Part shown: positions 38,100 through 53,000 of the stretch, one piece after another
Numbering within the stretch: the first letter of the stretch is position 1
How the letters are laid out: each line of letters opens with the position of its first letter
Assembly: GCA_964016885.1 (NCBI GenBank)
Contig: OZ024743.1
Location: 95,914,001-95,978,000, forward strand
DNA length: 64,000 nucleotides
Source: Eledone cirrhosa
Taxonomy: Eukaryota
Direction of reading: 5' to 3'
Notes under the pieces: generated by a model
What the model was told of the DNA's origin: nothing
Seen by the model: the letters and a program-made list of their open reading frames with translations, nothing else
The model's database searches: none
Program-made: the position numbers and the translations under genes

Positions 38100-41000
38100 A
38101 GAGAAGGAAGGAATAGAAAGGCGTAGGAAGAGATAGAGAAGGAAGGAATAGAAATGTGTAGGAAGAGATAGAGAAGGAAGGAATGGAAAGGCGTAGGAAG
38201 AGATAGAGAAGGAAGGTATAGAAAGGCGTAGAAAGAGATAGAGAAGGAAGGAATAGAAAGGCGTAGGAAGAGATAGAAAAGGAAGGAATAGAAAGGTGTA
38301 GGAAGAGATAGAGAAGGAAGGTATAGAAAGGCGTAGGAAGAGATAGAGAAGGAAGGAATAGAAAGGCGTAGGAAGAGATAGAGAAGGAGGAATAGAAAGG
38401 CGTAGGAAGAGATAGAGAAGGAGGAATAGAAAGGCGTAGGAAGAGATAGAGAAGGAAGGAATAGAAAGGTGTAGGAAGAAATAGAGAAGGAATGAATGGA
38501 AAGGCGTAGGAAGAGATAGAGAAGGAGGAATAGAAAGGCGTAGGAAGAGATAGAGAAGGAAGGAATGGAAAGGTATAGGAAGAGTTAGAGAAGGAAGGAA
38601 TGGAAAGGCGTAGGAAAAGATAGAGAAGGAAGGAATGGAAAGGCGTAGGAAGAGATAGAGAAGGAGGAATAGAAAGGCGTAGGAAGAGATAGAGAAGGAA
38701 GGAATGGAAAGGTATAGGAAGAGTATAGAGAAGGAAGGAATGGAAAGGCGTAGGAAAAGATAGAGAAGGAAGGAATAGAAAGGCGTAGGAAGAGATAGAG
38801 AAGGAAGGAATAGAAAGGTGTAGGAAGAGATAGAGAAGGAAGGAATGGAAAGGCGTAGGAAGAGATAGAAAAGGAAGGAATGGAAAGGTGTAGGAAGAGA
38901 TAGAGAAGGAAGGAATGGAAAGGCTTAGGAAGAGATAGAGAAGGAAGGAATAGAAAGGTGTAGGAAGAGATAGAGAAGGAAGGTATAGAAAGGCGTAGGA
39001 AGAGATAGAGAAGGAAGGAATAGAAAGGCGTAGGAAGAGATAGAGAAGGAGGAATAGAAAGGCGTAGGAAGAGATAGAGAAGGAGGAATAGAAAGGCGTA
39101 GGAAGAGATAGAGAAGGAAGGAATGGAAAGGCGTAGGAAGAGAGGGAGAAGGAAGGAATGGAAAGGCGTAGGAAGAGATAGAGAAGGAAGGTATAGAAAG
39201 GCGTAGGAAGAGATAGAGAAGGAAGGAATAGAAAGGCGTAGGATGAGATAGAGAAGGAGGAATAGAAAGGCGTAGGAAGAGATAGAGAAGGAACGAATAG
39301 AAAGGCGTAGGAAGAGATAGAGTAGGAAGTAATAGAACTGCCTAGGAAGAGATAGAGAAGGAAGGAATAGGAAAACGTAGGAAGAGATATAGAAGGAATG
39401 AATGGAAACGCATAGGAAGAGATAGAGAAGGAAGAAATAGAAAGGCGTAGGAAGAGATAGAGAAGCAAGGAATGGAAAGGCGTAGGAAGAGATTGAGAAG
39501 GAAGGAATGGAAAGGCATAGGAAGAGATAGAGAAGGAAGGAATGGAAAGGCGTAGGAAGTGATAGAGAAGGAAGGAATAGAAAGGCGTAGGAAGAGTTAG
39601 AGAAGGAAGGAATGGAAAGGCGTAGGAAGAGATAGAGAAGGAAGGAATAGAAAGGCGTAGGAAGAGATAGAGAAGCAAGGAATGGAAAGGCGTAGGAAGA
39701 GATAGAGAAGGAAGGAATGGAAAGGCATAGGAAGAGATAGAGAAGGAAGGAATGGAAAGGCTTAGGAAGAGATAGAGAAGGAAGGAATAGAAAGGTGTAG
39801 GAAGAGATAGAGAAGGAAGGTATAGAAAGGCGTAGGAAGAGATAGAGAAGCAAGGAAGGGAAAGGCATAGGAAGAGATAGAGAAGGAAGGAATAGAAAGG
39901 CGTAGGAAGAGATAGAGAAGGAAGGAATGGAAAGGTGTAGGAAGAGATAGAGAAGGAAGGAATAGAAATGTGTAGGAAGAGATAGAGAAGGAAGGAATAG
40001 AAAGGTGTAGGAAGAGATAGAGAAGGAAGGTATAGAAAGGCGTAGGAAGAGATAGAGAAGCAAGGAAGGGAAAGGCATAGGAAGAGATAGAGAAGGAAGG
40101 AATAGAAATGCGTAGGAAGAGATAGAGAAGGAAGGAATAGAAAGGCGTAGCAAGAGATAGAGAAGGAAGGAATAGAAAGGTGTAGGAAGAGATAGAGAAG
40201 GAGGAATAGAAAGGCGTAGGAAGAGATAGACAAGGAAGGAATAGAAAGGCGTAGGAAGAGATAGAGAAGGAAGGAATGGAAAGGCGTAGGAAGAGATAGA
40301 GAAGGAAGGAATAGAAAGGCGTAGGAAGAGATAGAGAAGGAAGGAATGGAAAGGTGTAGGAAGAGATAGAGAAGGAAGGAATGGAAAGGTGTAGGAAGAA
40401 ATAGAGAAGGAAGTAATGGAAAGGCGTAGGGGGAGATAGAGAAGGAAGGAATAGAAAGGCGTAGGAAGAGATAGAGAAGGAAGGAATGGAAAGGCGTAGG
40501 AAGAGATAGAGAAGGAAGGAATGGAAAGGCATAGGAAGAGATAGAGAAGGAAGGAATAGAAAGGTGTAGGAAGAGATAGAGAAGGAAGGAATAGAAAGGC
40601 GTAGGAAGAGATAGAGGAGGAAGGAATGGAAAGGCGTAGGAAGAGATAGAGAAGGAAGGAATGGAAAGGTGTAGGAAGAGATAGAGAAGGAAGTAATGGA
40701 AAGGCGTAGGAAGAGATAGAGAAGGAAGGAATGGAAAGGTGTAGGAAGAGATAGAGAAGGAAGGAATGGAAAGGCGTAGGAAGAGATAGAGAAGGAGGAA
40801 TAGAAAGGCGTAGGAAGAGATAGAGAAGGAAGGAATGGAAAGGTGTAGGAAGAGTTAGAGAAGGAAGGAATGGAAAGGCGTAGGAAGAGATAGAGAAGGA
40901 AGGAATGGAAAGGCGTAGGAAAAGATAGAGAAGGAGGAATAGAAAGGCGTAGGAAGAGATAGTGAAGGAAGGAATGGAAAGGTGTAGGAAGAGTTAGAGA

Positions 41001-44000
41001 AGGAAGGAATGGAAAGGCGTAGGAAAAGATAGAGAAGGAAGGAATAGAAAGGCGTAGGAAGAGATAGAGAAGGAAGTAATAGAAAGGCGTAGGAAGAGAT
41101 AGAGAAGGAAAGAATAGAACAGCGTAGGAAGAGATAGAGAAGGAAGGAATAGAAAGGCGTAGGAAGAGATAGAGAAGGAAGGAATAGAAATGTGTAGGAA
41201 GAGATAGAGAAGGAAGGAATGGAAAGGCGTAGGAAGAGATAGAGAAGGAAGGTATAGAAAGGCGTAGAAAGAGATAGAGAAGGAAGGAATAGAAAGGCGT
41301 AGGAAGAGATAGAAAAGGAAGGAATAGAAAGGTGTAGGAAGAGATAGAGAAGGAAGGTATAGAAAGGCGTAGGAAGAGATAGAGAAGGAAGGAATAGAAA
41401 GGCGTAGGAAGAGATAGAGAAGGAGGAATAGAAAGGCGTAGGAAGAGATAGAGAAGGAGGAATAGAAAGGCGTAGGAAGAGATAGAGAAGGAAGGAATAG
41501 AAAGGTGTAGGAAGAAATAGAGAAGGAATGAATGGAAAGGCGTAGGAAGAGATAGAGAAGGAGGAATAGAAAGGCGTAGGAAGAGATAGAGAAGGAAGGA
41601 ATGGAAAGGTATAGGAAGAGTTAGAGAAGGAAGGAATGGAAAGGCGTAGGAAAAGATAGAGAAGGAAGGAATGGAAAGGCGTAGGAAGAGATAGAGAAGG
41701 AGGAATAGAAAGGCGTAGGAAGAGATAGAGAAGGAAGGAATGGAAAGGTATAGGAAGAGTATAGAGAAGGAAGGAATGGAAAGGCGTAGGAAAAGATAGA
41801 GAAGGAAGGAATAGAAAGGCGTAGGAAGAGATAGAGAAGGAAGGAATAGAAAGGTGTAGGAAGAGATAGAGAAGGAAGGAATGGAAAGGCGTAGGAAGAG
41901 ATAGAAAAGGAAGGAATGGAAAGGTGTAGGAAGAGATAGAGAAGGAAGGAATGGAAAGGCTTAGGAAGAGATAGAGAAGGAAGGAATAGAAAGGTGTAGG
42001 AAGAGATAGAGAAGGAAGGTATAGAAAGGCGTAGGAAGAGATAGAGAAGGAAGGAATAGAAAGGCGTAGGAAGAGATAGAGAAGGAGGAATAGAAAGGCG
42101 TAGGAAGAGATAGAGAAGGAGGAATAGAAAGGCGTAGGAAGAGATAGAGAAGGAAGGAATGGAAAGGCGTAGGAAGAGAGGGAGAAGGAAGGAATGGAAA
42201 GGCGTAGGAAGAGATAGAGAAGGAAGGTATAGAAAGGCGTAGGAAGAGATAGAGAAGGAAGTAATAGAAAGGCGTAGGATGAGATAGAGAAGGAGGAATA
42301 GAAAGGCGTAGGAAGAGATAGAGAAGGAACGAATAGAAAGGCGTAGGAAGAGATAGAGTAGGAAGTAATAGAACTGCCTAGGAAGAGATAGAGAAGGAAG
42401 GAATAGGAAAACGTAGGAAGAGATAGAGAAGGAATGAATGGAAACGCATAGGAAGAGATAGAGAAGGAAGAAATAGAAAGGCGTAGGAAGAGATAGAGAA
42501 GCAAGGAATGGAAAGGCGTAGGAAGAGATTGAGAAGGAAGGAATGGAAAGGCATAGGAAGAGATAGAGAAGGAAGGAATGGAAAGGCGTAGGAAGTGATA
42601 GAGAAGGAAGGAATAGAAAGGCGTAGGAAGAGTTAGAGAAGGAAGGAATGGAAAGGCGTAGGAAGAGATAGAGAAGGAAGGAATAGAAAGGCGTAGGAAG
42701 AGATAGAGAAGCAAGGAATGGAAAGGCGTAGGAAGAGATAGAGAAGGAAGGAATGGAAAGGCATAGGAAGAGATAGAGAAGGAAGGAATGGAAAGGCTTA
42801 GGAAGAGATAGAGAAGGAAGGAATAGAAAGGTGTAGGAAGAGATAGAGAAGGAAGGTATAGAAAGGCGTAGGAAGAGATAGAGAAGCAAGGAAGGGAAAG
42901 GCATAGGAAGAGATAGAGAAGGAAGGAATAGAAAGGCGTAGGAAGAGATAGAGAAGGAAGGAATGGAAAGGTGTAGGAAGAGATAGAGAAGGAAGGAATA
43001 GAAATGTGTAGGAAGAGATAGAGAAGGAAGGAATAGAAAGGTGTAGGAAGAGATAGAGAAGGAAGGTATAGAAAGGCGTAGGAAGAGATAGAGAAGCAAG
43101 GAAGGGAAAGGCATAGGAAGAGATAGAGAAGGAAGGAATAGAAATGCGTAGGAAGAGATAGAGAAGGAAGGAATAGAAAGGCGTAGCAAGAGATAGAGAA
43201 GGAAGGAATAGAAAGGTGTAGGAAGAGATAGAGAAGGAGGAATAGAAAGGCGTAGGAAGAGATAGACAAGGAAGGAATAGAAAGGCGTAGGAAGAGATAG
43301 AGAAGGAAGGAATGGAAAGGCGTAGGAAGAGATAGAGAAGGAAGGAATAGAAAGGCGTAGGAAGAGATAGAGAAGGAAGGAATGGAAAGGTGTAGGAAGA
43401 GATAGAGAAGGAAGGAATGGAAAGGTGTAGGAAGAGATAGAGAAGGAAGTAATGGAAAGGCGTAGGGGGAGATAGAGAAGGAAGGAATAGAAAGGCGTAG
43501 GAAGAGATAGAGAAGGAAGGAATGGAAAGGCGTAGGAAGAGATAGAGAAGGAAGGAATGGAAAGGCATAGGAAGAGATAGAGAAGGAAGGAATAGAAAGG
43601 TGTAGGAAGAGATAGAGAAGGAAGGAATAGAAAGGCGTAGGAAGAGATAGAGGAGGAAGGAATGGAAAGGCGTAGGAAGAGATAGAGAAGGAGGAATAGA
43701 AAGGCGTAGGAAGAGATAGAGAAGGAAGGAATAGAAAGGCGTAGGAAGAGATAGAGAAGGAAGGAATAGAAAGGTGTAGGAAGAGATAGAGAAGGAAGGA
43801 ATAGGAAAACGTAGGAAGAGATATAGAAGGAATGAATGGAAAGGCATAGGAAGAGATAGAGAAGGAAGATATAGAAAGGCGTAGGAAGAGATAGAGAACC
43901 AAGGAATGGAAAGGCGTAGGAAGAGATAGAGAAGGAAGGATGGAAAGGCATAGGAAGAGATAGAGAAGGAAGGAATGGAAAGGCTTAGGAAGAGATAGAG

Positions 44001-47000
44001 AAGGAAGGAATAGAAAGGTGTAGGAAGAGATAGAGAAGGAGGAATAGAAAGGCGTAGGAAGAGATAGTGAAGGAAGGAATGGAAAGGTGTAGGAAGAGTT
44101 AGAGAAGGAAGGAATGGAAAGGCGTAGGAAAAGATAGAGAAGGAAGGAATAGAAAGGCGTAGGAAGAGATAGAGAAGGAAGTAATAGAAAGGCGTAGGAA
44201 GAGATAGAGAAGGAAAGAATAGAACAGCGTAGGAAGAGATAGAGAAGGAAGGAATAGAAAGGCGTAGGAAGAGATAGAGAAGGAAGGAATAGAAATGTGT
44301 AGGAAGAGATAGAGAAGGAAGGAATGGAAAGGCGTAGGAAGAGATAGAGAAGGAAGGTATAGAAAGGCGTAGAAAGAGATAGAGAAGGAAGGAATAGAAA
44401 GGCGTAGGAAGAGATAGAAAAGGAAGGAATAGAAAGGTGTAGGAAGAGATAGAGAAGGAAGGTATAGAAAGGCGTAGGAAGAGATAGAGAAGGAAGGAAT
44501 AGAAAGGCGTAGGAAGAGATAGAGAAGGAGGAATAGAAAGGCGTAGGAAGAGATAGAGAAGGAGGAATAGAAAGGCGTAGGAAGAGATAGAGAAGGAAGG
44601 AATAGAAAGGTGTAGGAAGAAATAGAGAAGGAATGAATGGAAAGGCGTAGGAAGAGATAGAGAAGGAGGAATAGAAAGGCGTAGGAAGAGATAGAGAAGG
44701 AAGGAATGGAAAGGTATAGGAAGAGTTAGAGAAGGAAGGAATGGAAAGGCGTAGGAAAAGATAGAGAAGGAAGGAATGGAAAGGCGTAGGAAGAGATAGA
44801 GAAGGAGGAATAGAAAGGCGTAGGAAGAGATAGAGAAGGAAGGAATGGAAAGGTATAGGAAGAGTATAGAGAAGGAAGGAATGGAAAGGCGTAGGAAAAG
44901 ATAGAGAAGGAAGGAATAGAAAGGCGTAGGAAGAGATAGAGAAGGAAGGAATAGAAAGGTGTAGGAAGAGATAGAGAAGGAAGGAATGGAAAGGCGTAGG
45001 AAGAGATAGAAAAGGAAGGAATGGAAAGGTGTAGGAAGAGATAGAGAAGGAAGGAATGGAAAGGCTTAGGAAGAGATAGAAAAGGAAGGAATGGAAAGGT
45101 GTAGGAAGAGATAGAGAAGGAAGGAATGGAAAGGCGTAGGAAGAGATAGAGAAGGAAGGAATAGAAAGGTGTAGGAAGAGATAGAGAAGGAAGGTATAGA
45201 AAGGCGTAGGAAGAGATAGAGAAGGAAGGAATAGAAAGGCGTAGGAAGAGATAGAGAAGGAGGAATAGAAAGGCGTAGGAAGAGATAGAGAAGGAGGAAT
45301 AGAAAGGCGTAGGAAGAGATAGAGAAGGAAGGAATGGAAAGGCGTAGGAAGAGAGGGAGAAGGAAGGAATGGAAAGGCGTAGGAAGAGATAGAGAAGGAA
45401 GGTATAGAAAGGCGTAGGAAGAGATAGAGAAGGAAGTAATAGAAAGGCGTAGGATGAGATAGAGAAGGAGGAATAGAAAGGCGTAGGAAGAGATAGAGAA
45501 GGAACGAATAGAAAGGCGTAGGAAGAGATAGAGTAGGAAGTAATAGAACTGCCTAGGAAGAGATAGAGAAGGAAGGAATAGGAAAACGTAGGAAGAGATA
45601 TAGAAGGAATGAATGGAAACGCATAGGAAGAGATAGAGAAGGAAGAAATAGAAAGGCGTAGGAAGAGATAGAGAAGCAAGGAATGGAAAGGCGTAGGAAG
45701 AGATTGAGAAGGAAGGAATGGAAAGGCATAGGAAGAGATAGAGAAGGAAGGAATGGAAAGGCGTAGGAAGTGATAGAGAAGGAAGGAATAGAAAGGCGTA
45801 GGAAGAGTTAGAGAAGGAAGGAATGGAAAGGCGTAGGAAGAGATAGAGAAGGAAGGAATAGAAAGGCGTAGGAAGAGATAGAGAAGCAAGGAATGGAAAG
45901 GCGTAGGAAGAGATAGAGAAGGAAGGAATGGAAAGGCATAGGAAGAGATAGAGAAGGAAGGAATGGAAAGGCTTAGGAAGAGATAGAGAAGGAAGGAATA
46001 GAAAGGTGTAGGAAGAGATAGAGAAGGAAGGTATAGAAAGGCGTAGGAAGAGATAGAGAAGCAAGGAAGGGAAAGGCATAGGAAGAGATAGAGAAGGAAG
46101 GAATAGAAAGGCGTAGGAAGAGATAGAGAAGGAAGGAATGGAAAGGTGTAGGAAGAGATAGAGAAGGAAGGAATAGAAATGTGTAGGAAGAGATAGAGAA
46201 GGAAGGAATAGAAAGGTGTAGGAAGAGATAGAGAAGGAAGGTATAGAAAGGCGTAGGAAGAGATAGAGAAGCAAGGAAGGGAAAGGCATAGGAAGAGATA
46301 GAGAAGGAAGGAATAGAAATGCGTAGGAAGAGATAGAGAAGGAAGGAATAGAAAGGCGTAGCAAGAGATAGAGAAGGAAGGAATAGAAAGGTGTAGGAAG
46401 AGATAGAGAAGGAGGAATAGAAAGGCGTAGGAAGAGATAGACAAGGAAGGAATAGAAAGGCGTAGGAAGAGATAGAGAAGGAAGGAATGGAAAGGCGTAG
46501 GAAGAGATAGAGAAGGAAGGAATAGAAAGGCGTAGGAAGAGATAGAGAAGGAAGGAATGGAAAGGTGTAGGAAGAGATAGAGAAGGAAGGAATGGAAAGG
46601 TGTAGGAAGAGATAGAGAAGGAAGTAATGGAAAGGCGTAGGGGGAGATAGAGAAGGAAGGAATAGAAAGGCGTAGGAAGAGATAGAGAAGGAAGGAATGG
46701 AAAGGCGTAGGAAGAGATAGAGAAGGAAGGAATGGAAAGGCATAGGAAGAGATAGAGAAGGAAGGAATAGAAAGGTGTAGGAAGAGATAGAGAAGGAAGG
46801 AATAGAAAGGCGTAGGAAGAGATAGAGGAGGAAGGAATGGAAAGGCGTAGGAAGAGATAGAGAAGGAAGGAATGGAAAGGTGTAGGAAGAGATAGAGAAG
46901 GAAGTAATGGAAAGGCGTAGGAAGAGATAGAGAAGGAAGGAATGGAAAGGTGTAGGAAGAGATAGAGAAGGAAGGAATGGAAAGGCGTAGGAAGAGATAG

Positions 47001-50000
47001 AGAAGGAGGAATAGAAAGGCGTAGGAAGAGATAGAGAAGGAAGGAATGGAAAGGTGTAGGAAGAGTTAGAGAAGGAAGGAATGGAAAGGCGTAGGAAGAG
47101 ATAGAGAAGGAAGGAATGGAAAGGCGTAGGAAAAGATAGAGAAGGAGGAATAGAAAGGCGTAGGAAGAGATAGAGAAGGAAGGAATAGAAAGGCGTAGGA
47201 AGAGATAGAGAAGGAAGGAATAGAACAGTGTAGGAAGAGATAGAGAAGGAAGGAATAGGAAAACGTAGGAAGAGATATAGAAGGAATGAATGGAAAGGCA
47301 TAGGAAGAGATAGAGAAGGAAGATATAGAAAGGCGTAGGAAGAGATAGAGAAGCAAGGAATGGAAAGGCGTAGGAAGAGATAGAGAAGGAAGGAATGGAA
47401 AGGCATAGGAAGAGATAGAGAAGGAAGGAATGGAAAGGCTTAGGAAGAGATAGAGAAGGAAGGAATAGAAAGGTGTAGGAAGAGATAGAGAAGGAGGAAT
47501 AGAAAGGCGTAGGAAGAGATAGTGAAGGAAGGAATGGAAAGGTGTAGGAAGAGTTAGAGAAGGAAGGAATGGAAAGGCGTAGGAAAAGATAGAGAAGGAA
47601 GGAATAGAAAGGCGTAGGAAGAGATAGAGAAGGAAGTAATAGAAAGGCGTAGGAAGAGATAGAGAAGGAAAGAATAGAACAGCGTAGGAAGAGATAGAGA
47701 AGGAAGGAATAGAAAGGCGTAGGAAGAGATAGAGAAGGAAGGAATAGAAATGTGTAGGAAGAGATAGAGAAGGAAGGAATGGAAAGGCGTAGGAAGAGAT
47801 AGAGAAGGAAGGTATAGAAAGGCGTAGAAAGAGATAGAGAAGGAAGGAATAGAAAGGCGTAGGAAGAGATAGAGAAGGAAGGAATGGAAAGGCGTAGGAA
47901 GAGATAGAGAAGGAGGAATAGAAAGGCGTAGGAAGAGATAGAGAAGGAAGGAATGGAAAGGTATAGGAAGAGTTAGAGAAGGAAGGAATGGAAAGGCGTA
48001 GGAAAAGATAGAGAAGGAAGGAATGGAAAGGCGTAGGAAGAGATAGAGAAGGAGGAATAGAAAGGCGTAGGAAGAGATAGAGAAGGAAGGAATGGAAAGG
48101 TATAGGAAGAGTATAGAGAAGGAAGGAATGGAAAGGCGTAGGAAAAGATAGAGAAGGAAGGAATAGAAAGGCGTAGGAAGAGATAGAGAAGGAAGGAATA
48201 GAAAGGTGTAGGAAGAGATAGAGAAGGAAGGAATGGAAAGGCGTAGGAAGAGATAGAAAAGGAAGGAATGGAAAGGTGTAGGAAGAGATAGAGAAGGAAG
48301 GAATGGAAAGGCTTAGGAAGAGATAGAGAAGGAAGGAATAGAAAGGTGTAGGAAGAGATAGAGAAGTAAGGTATAGAAAGGCGTAGGAAGAGATAGAGAA
48401 GGAAGGAATAGAAAGGCGTAGGAAGAGATAGAGAAGGAGGAATAGAAAGGCGTAGGAAGAGATAGAGAAGGAGGAATAGAAAGGCGTAGGAAGAGATAGA
48501 GAAGGAAGGAATGGAAAGGCGTAGGAAGAGAGAGAGAAGGAAGGAATGGAAAGGCGTAGGAAGAGATAGAGAAGGAAGGTATAGAAAGGCGTAGGAAGAG
48601 ATAGAGAAGGAAGTAATAGAAAGGCGTAGGATGAGATAGAGAAGGAGGAATAGAAAGGCGTAGGAAGAGATAGAGAAGGAACGAATAGAAAGGCGTAGGA
48701 AGAGATAGAGTAGGAAGTAATAGAACTGCCTAGGAAGAGATAGAGAAGGAAGGAATAGGAAAACGTAGGAAGAGATATAGAAGGAATGAATGGAAACGCA
48801 TAGGAAGAGATAGAGAAGGAAGGAATAGAAAGGCGTAGGAAGAGATAGAGAAGCAAGGAATGGAAAGGCGTAGGAAGAGATTGAGAAGGAAGGAATGGAA
48901 AGGCATAGGAAGAGATAGAGACGGAAGGAATGGAAAGGCGTAGGAAGTGATAGAGAAGGAAGGAATAGAAAGGCGTAGGAAGAGTTAGAGAAGGAAGGAA
49001 TGGAAAGGCGTAGGAAGAGATAGAGAAGGAAGGAATAGAAAGGCGTAGGAAGAGATAGAGAAGCAAGGAATGGAAAGGCGTAGGAAGAGATAGAGAAGGA
49101 AGGAATGGAAAGGCATAGGAAGAGATAGAGAAGGAAGGAATGGAAAGGCTTAGGAAGAGATAGAGAAGGAAGGAATAGAAAGGTGTAGGAAGAGATAGAG
49201 AAGAAAGGTATAGAAAGGCGTAGGAAGAGATAGAGAAGCAAGGAAGGGAAAGGCATAGGAAGAGATAGAGAAGGAAGGAATAGAAAGGCGTAGGAAGAGA
49301 TAGAGAAGGAAGGAATGGAAAGGTGTAGGAAGAGATAGAGAAGGAAGGAATAGAAAGGTGTAGGAAGAGATAGAGAAGGAAGGAATAGAAAGGTGTAGGA
49401 AGAGATAGAGAAGGAAGGTATAGAAAGGCGTAGGAAGAGATAGAGAAGCAAGGAAGGGAAAGGCATAGGAAGAGATAGAGAAGGAAGGAATAGAAATGCG
49501 TAGGAAGAGATAGAGAAGGAAGGAATAGAAAGGCGTAGGAAGAGATAGAGAAGGAAGGAATAGAAAGGTGTAGGAAGAGATAGAGAAGGAGGAATAGAAA
49601 GGCGTAGGAAGAGATAGACAAGGAAGGAATAGAAAGGCGTAGGAAGAGATAGAGAAGGAAGGAATGGAAAGGCGTAGGAAGAGATAGAGAAGGAAGGAAT
49701 AGAAAGGCGTAGGAAGAGATAGAGAAGGAAGGAATGGAAAGGTGTAGGAAGAGATAGAGAAGGAAGGAATGGAAAGGTGTAGGAAGAGATAGAGAAGGAA
49801 GTAATGGAAAGGCGTAGGGGGAGATAGAGAAGGAAGGAATGGAAAGGCTTAGGAAGAGATAGAGAAGGAAGGAATAGAAAGGTGTAGGAAGAGATAGAGA
49901 AGGAGGAATAGAAAGGCGTAGGAAGAGATAGTGAAGGAAGGAATGGAAAGGTGTAGGAAGAGTTAGAGAAGGAAGGAATGGAAAGGCGTAGGAAAAGATA

Positions 50001-53000
50001 GAGAAGGAAGGAATAGAAAGGCGTAGGAAGAGATAGAGAAGGAAGTAATAGAAAGGCGTAGGAAGAGATAGAGAAGGAAAGAATAGAACAGCGTAGGAAG
50101 AGATAGAGAAGGAAGGAATAGAAAGGCGTAGGAAGAGATAGAGAAGGAAGGAATAGAAATGTGTAGGAAGAGATAGAGAAGGAAGGAATGGAAAGGCGTA
50201 GGAAGAGATAGAGAAGGAAGGTATAGAAAGGCGTAGAAAGAGATAGAGAAGGAAGGAATAGAAAGGCGTAGGAAGAGATAGAAAAGGAAGGAATAGAAAG
50301 GTGTAGGAAGAGATAGAGAAGGAAGGTATAGAAAGGCGTAGGAAGAGATAGAGAAGGAAGGAATAGAAAGGCGTAGGAAGAGATAGAGAAGGAGGAATAG
50401 AAAGGCGTAGGAAGAGATAGAGAAGGAGGAATAGAAAGGCGTAGGAAGAGATAGAGAAGGAAGGAATAGAAAGGTGTAGGAAGAAATAGAGAAGGAATGA
50501 ATGGAAAGGCGTAGGAAGAGATAGAGAAGGAGGAATAGAAAGGCGTAGGAAGAGATAGAGAAGGAAGGAATGGAAAGGTATAGGAAGAGTTAGAGAAGGA
50601 AGGAATGGAAAGGCGTAGGAAAAGATAGAGAAGGAAGGAATGGAAAGGCGTAGGAAGAGATAGAGAAGGAGGAATAGAAAGGCGTAGGAAGAGATAGAGA
50701 AGGAAGGAATGGAAAGGTATAGGAAGAGTATAGAGAAGGAAGGAATGGAAAGGCGTAGGAAAAGATAGAGAAGGAAGGAATAGAAAGGCGTAGGAAGAGA
50801 TAGAGAAGGAAGGAATAGAAAGGTGTAGGAAGAGATAGAGAAGGAAGGAATGGAAAGGCGTAGGAAGAGATAGAAAAGGAAGGAATGGAAAGGTGTAGGA
50901 AGAGATAGAGAAGGAAGGAATGGAAAGGCTTAGGAAGAGATAGAGAAGGAAGGAATAGAAAGGTGTAGGAAGAGATAGAGAAGGAAGGTATAGAAAGGCG
51001 TAGGAAGAGATAGAGAAGGAAGGAATAGAAAGGCGTAGGAAGAGATAGAGAAGGAGGAATAGAAAGGCGTAGGAAGAGATAGAGAAGGAGGAATAGAAAG
51101 GCGTAGGAAGAGATAGAGAAGGAAGGAATGGAAAGGCGTAGGAAGAGAGGGAGAAGGAAGGAATGGAAAGGCGTAGGAAGAGATAGAGAAGGAAGGTATA
51201 GAAAGGCGTAGGAAGAGATAGAGAAGGAAGTAATAGAAAGGCGTAGGATGAGATAGAGAAGGAGGAATAGAAAGGCGTAGGAAGAGATAGAGAAGGAACG
51301 AATAGAAAGGCGTAGGAAGAGATAGAGTAGGAAGTAATAGAACTGCCTAGGAAGAGATAGAGAAGGAAGGAATAGGAAAACGTAGGAAGAGATATAGAAG
51401 GAATGAATGGAAACGCATAGGAAGAGATAGAGAAGGAAGAAATAGAAAGGCGTAGGAAGAGATAGAGAAGCAAGGAATGGAAAGGCGTAGGAAGAGATTG
51501 AGAAGGAAGGAATGGAAAGGCATAGGAAGAGATAGAGAAGGAAGGAATGGAAAGGCGTAGGAAGTGATAGAGAAGGAAGGAATAGAAAGGCGTAGGAAGA
51601 GTTAGAGAAGGAAGGAATGGAAAGGCGTAGGAAGAGATAGAGAAGGAAGGAATAGAAAGGCGTAGGAAGAGATAGAGAAGCAAGGAATGGAAAGGCGTAG
51701 GAAGAGATAGAGAAGGAAGGAATGGAAAGGCATAGGAAGAGATAGAGAAGGAAGGAATGGAAAGGCTTAGGAAGAGATAGAGAAGGAAGGAATAGAAAGG
51801 TGTAGGAAGAGATAGAGAAGGAAGGTATAGAAAGGCGTAGGAAGAGATAGAGAAGCAAGGAAGGGAAAGGCATAGGAAAAGATAGAGAAGGAAGGAATAG
51901 AAAGGTGTAGGAAGAGATAGAGAAGGAAGGAATGGAAAGGTGTAGGAAGAGATAGAGAAGGAAGGAATAGAAATGTGTAGGAAGAGATAGAGAAGGAAGG
52001 AATAGAAAGGTGTAGGAAGAGATAGAGAAGGAAGGTATAGAAAGGCGTAGGAAGAGATAGAGAAGCAAGGAAGGGAAAGGCATAGGAAGAGATAGAGAAG
52101 GAAGGAATAGAAATGCGTAGGAAGAGATAGAGAAGGAAGGAATAGAAAGGCGTAGGAAGAGATAGAGAAGGAAGAAATAGAAAGGTGTAGGAAGAGATAG
52201 AGAAGGAGGAATAGAAAGGCGTAGGAAGAGATAGACAAGGAAGGAATAGAAAGGCGTAGGAAGAGATAGAGAAGGAAGGAATGGAAAGGCGTAGGAAGAG
52301 ATAGAGAAGGAAGGAATAGAAAGGCGTAGGAAGAGATAGAGAAGGAAGGAATGGAAAGGTGTAGGAAGAGATAGAGAAGGAAGGAATGGAAAGGTGTAGG
52401 AAGAGATAGAGAAGGAAGTAATGGAAAGGCGTAGGGGGAGATAGAGAAGGAAGGAATAGAAAGGCGTAGGAAGAGATAGAGAAGGAAGGAATGGAAAGGC
52501 GTAGGAAGAGATAGAGAAGGAAGGAATGGAAAGGCATAGGAAGAGATAGAGAAGGAAGGAATAGAAAGGTGTAGGAAGAGATAGAGAAGGAAGGAATAGA
52601 AAGGCGTAGGAAGAGATAGAGGAGGAAGGAATGGAAAGGCGTAGGAAGAGATAGAGAAGGAAGGAATGGAAAGGTGTAGGAAGAGATAGAGAAGGAAGTA
52701 ATGGAAAGGCGTAGGAAGAGATAGAGAAGGAAGGAATGGAAAGGTGTAGGAAGAGATAGAGAAGGAAGGAATGGAAAGGCGTAGGAAGAGATAGAGAAGG
52801 AGGAATAGAAAGGCGTAGGAAGAGATAGAGAAGGAAGGAATGGAAAGGTGTAGGAAGAGTTAGAGAAGGAAGGAATGGAAAGGCGTAGGAAGAGATAGAG
52901 AAGGAAGGAATGGAAAGGCGTAGGAAAAGATAGAGAAGGAGGAATAGAAAGGCGTAGGAAGAGATAGAGAAGGAAGGAATAGAAAGGCGTAGGAAGAGAT

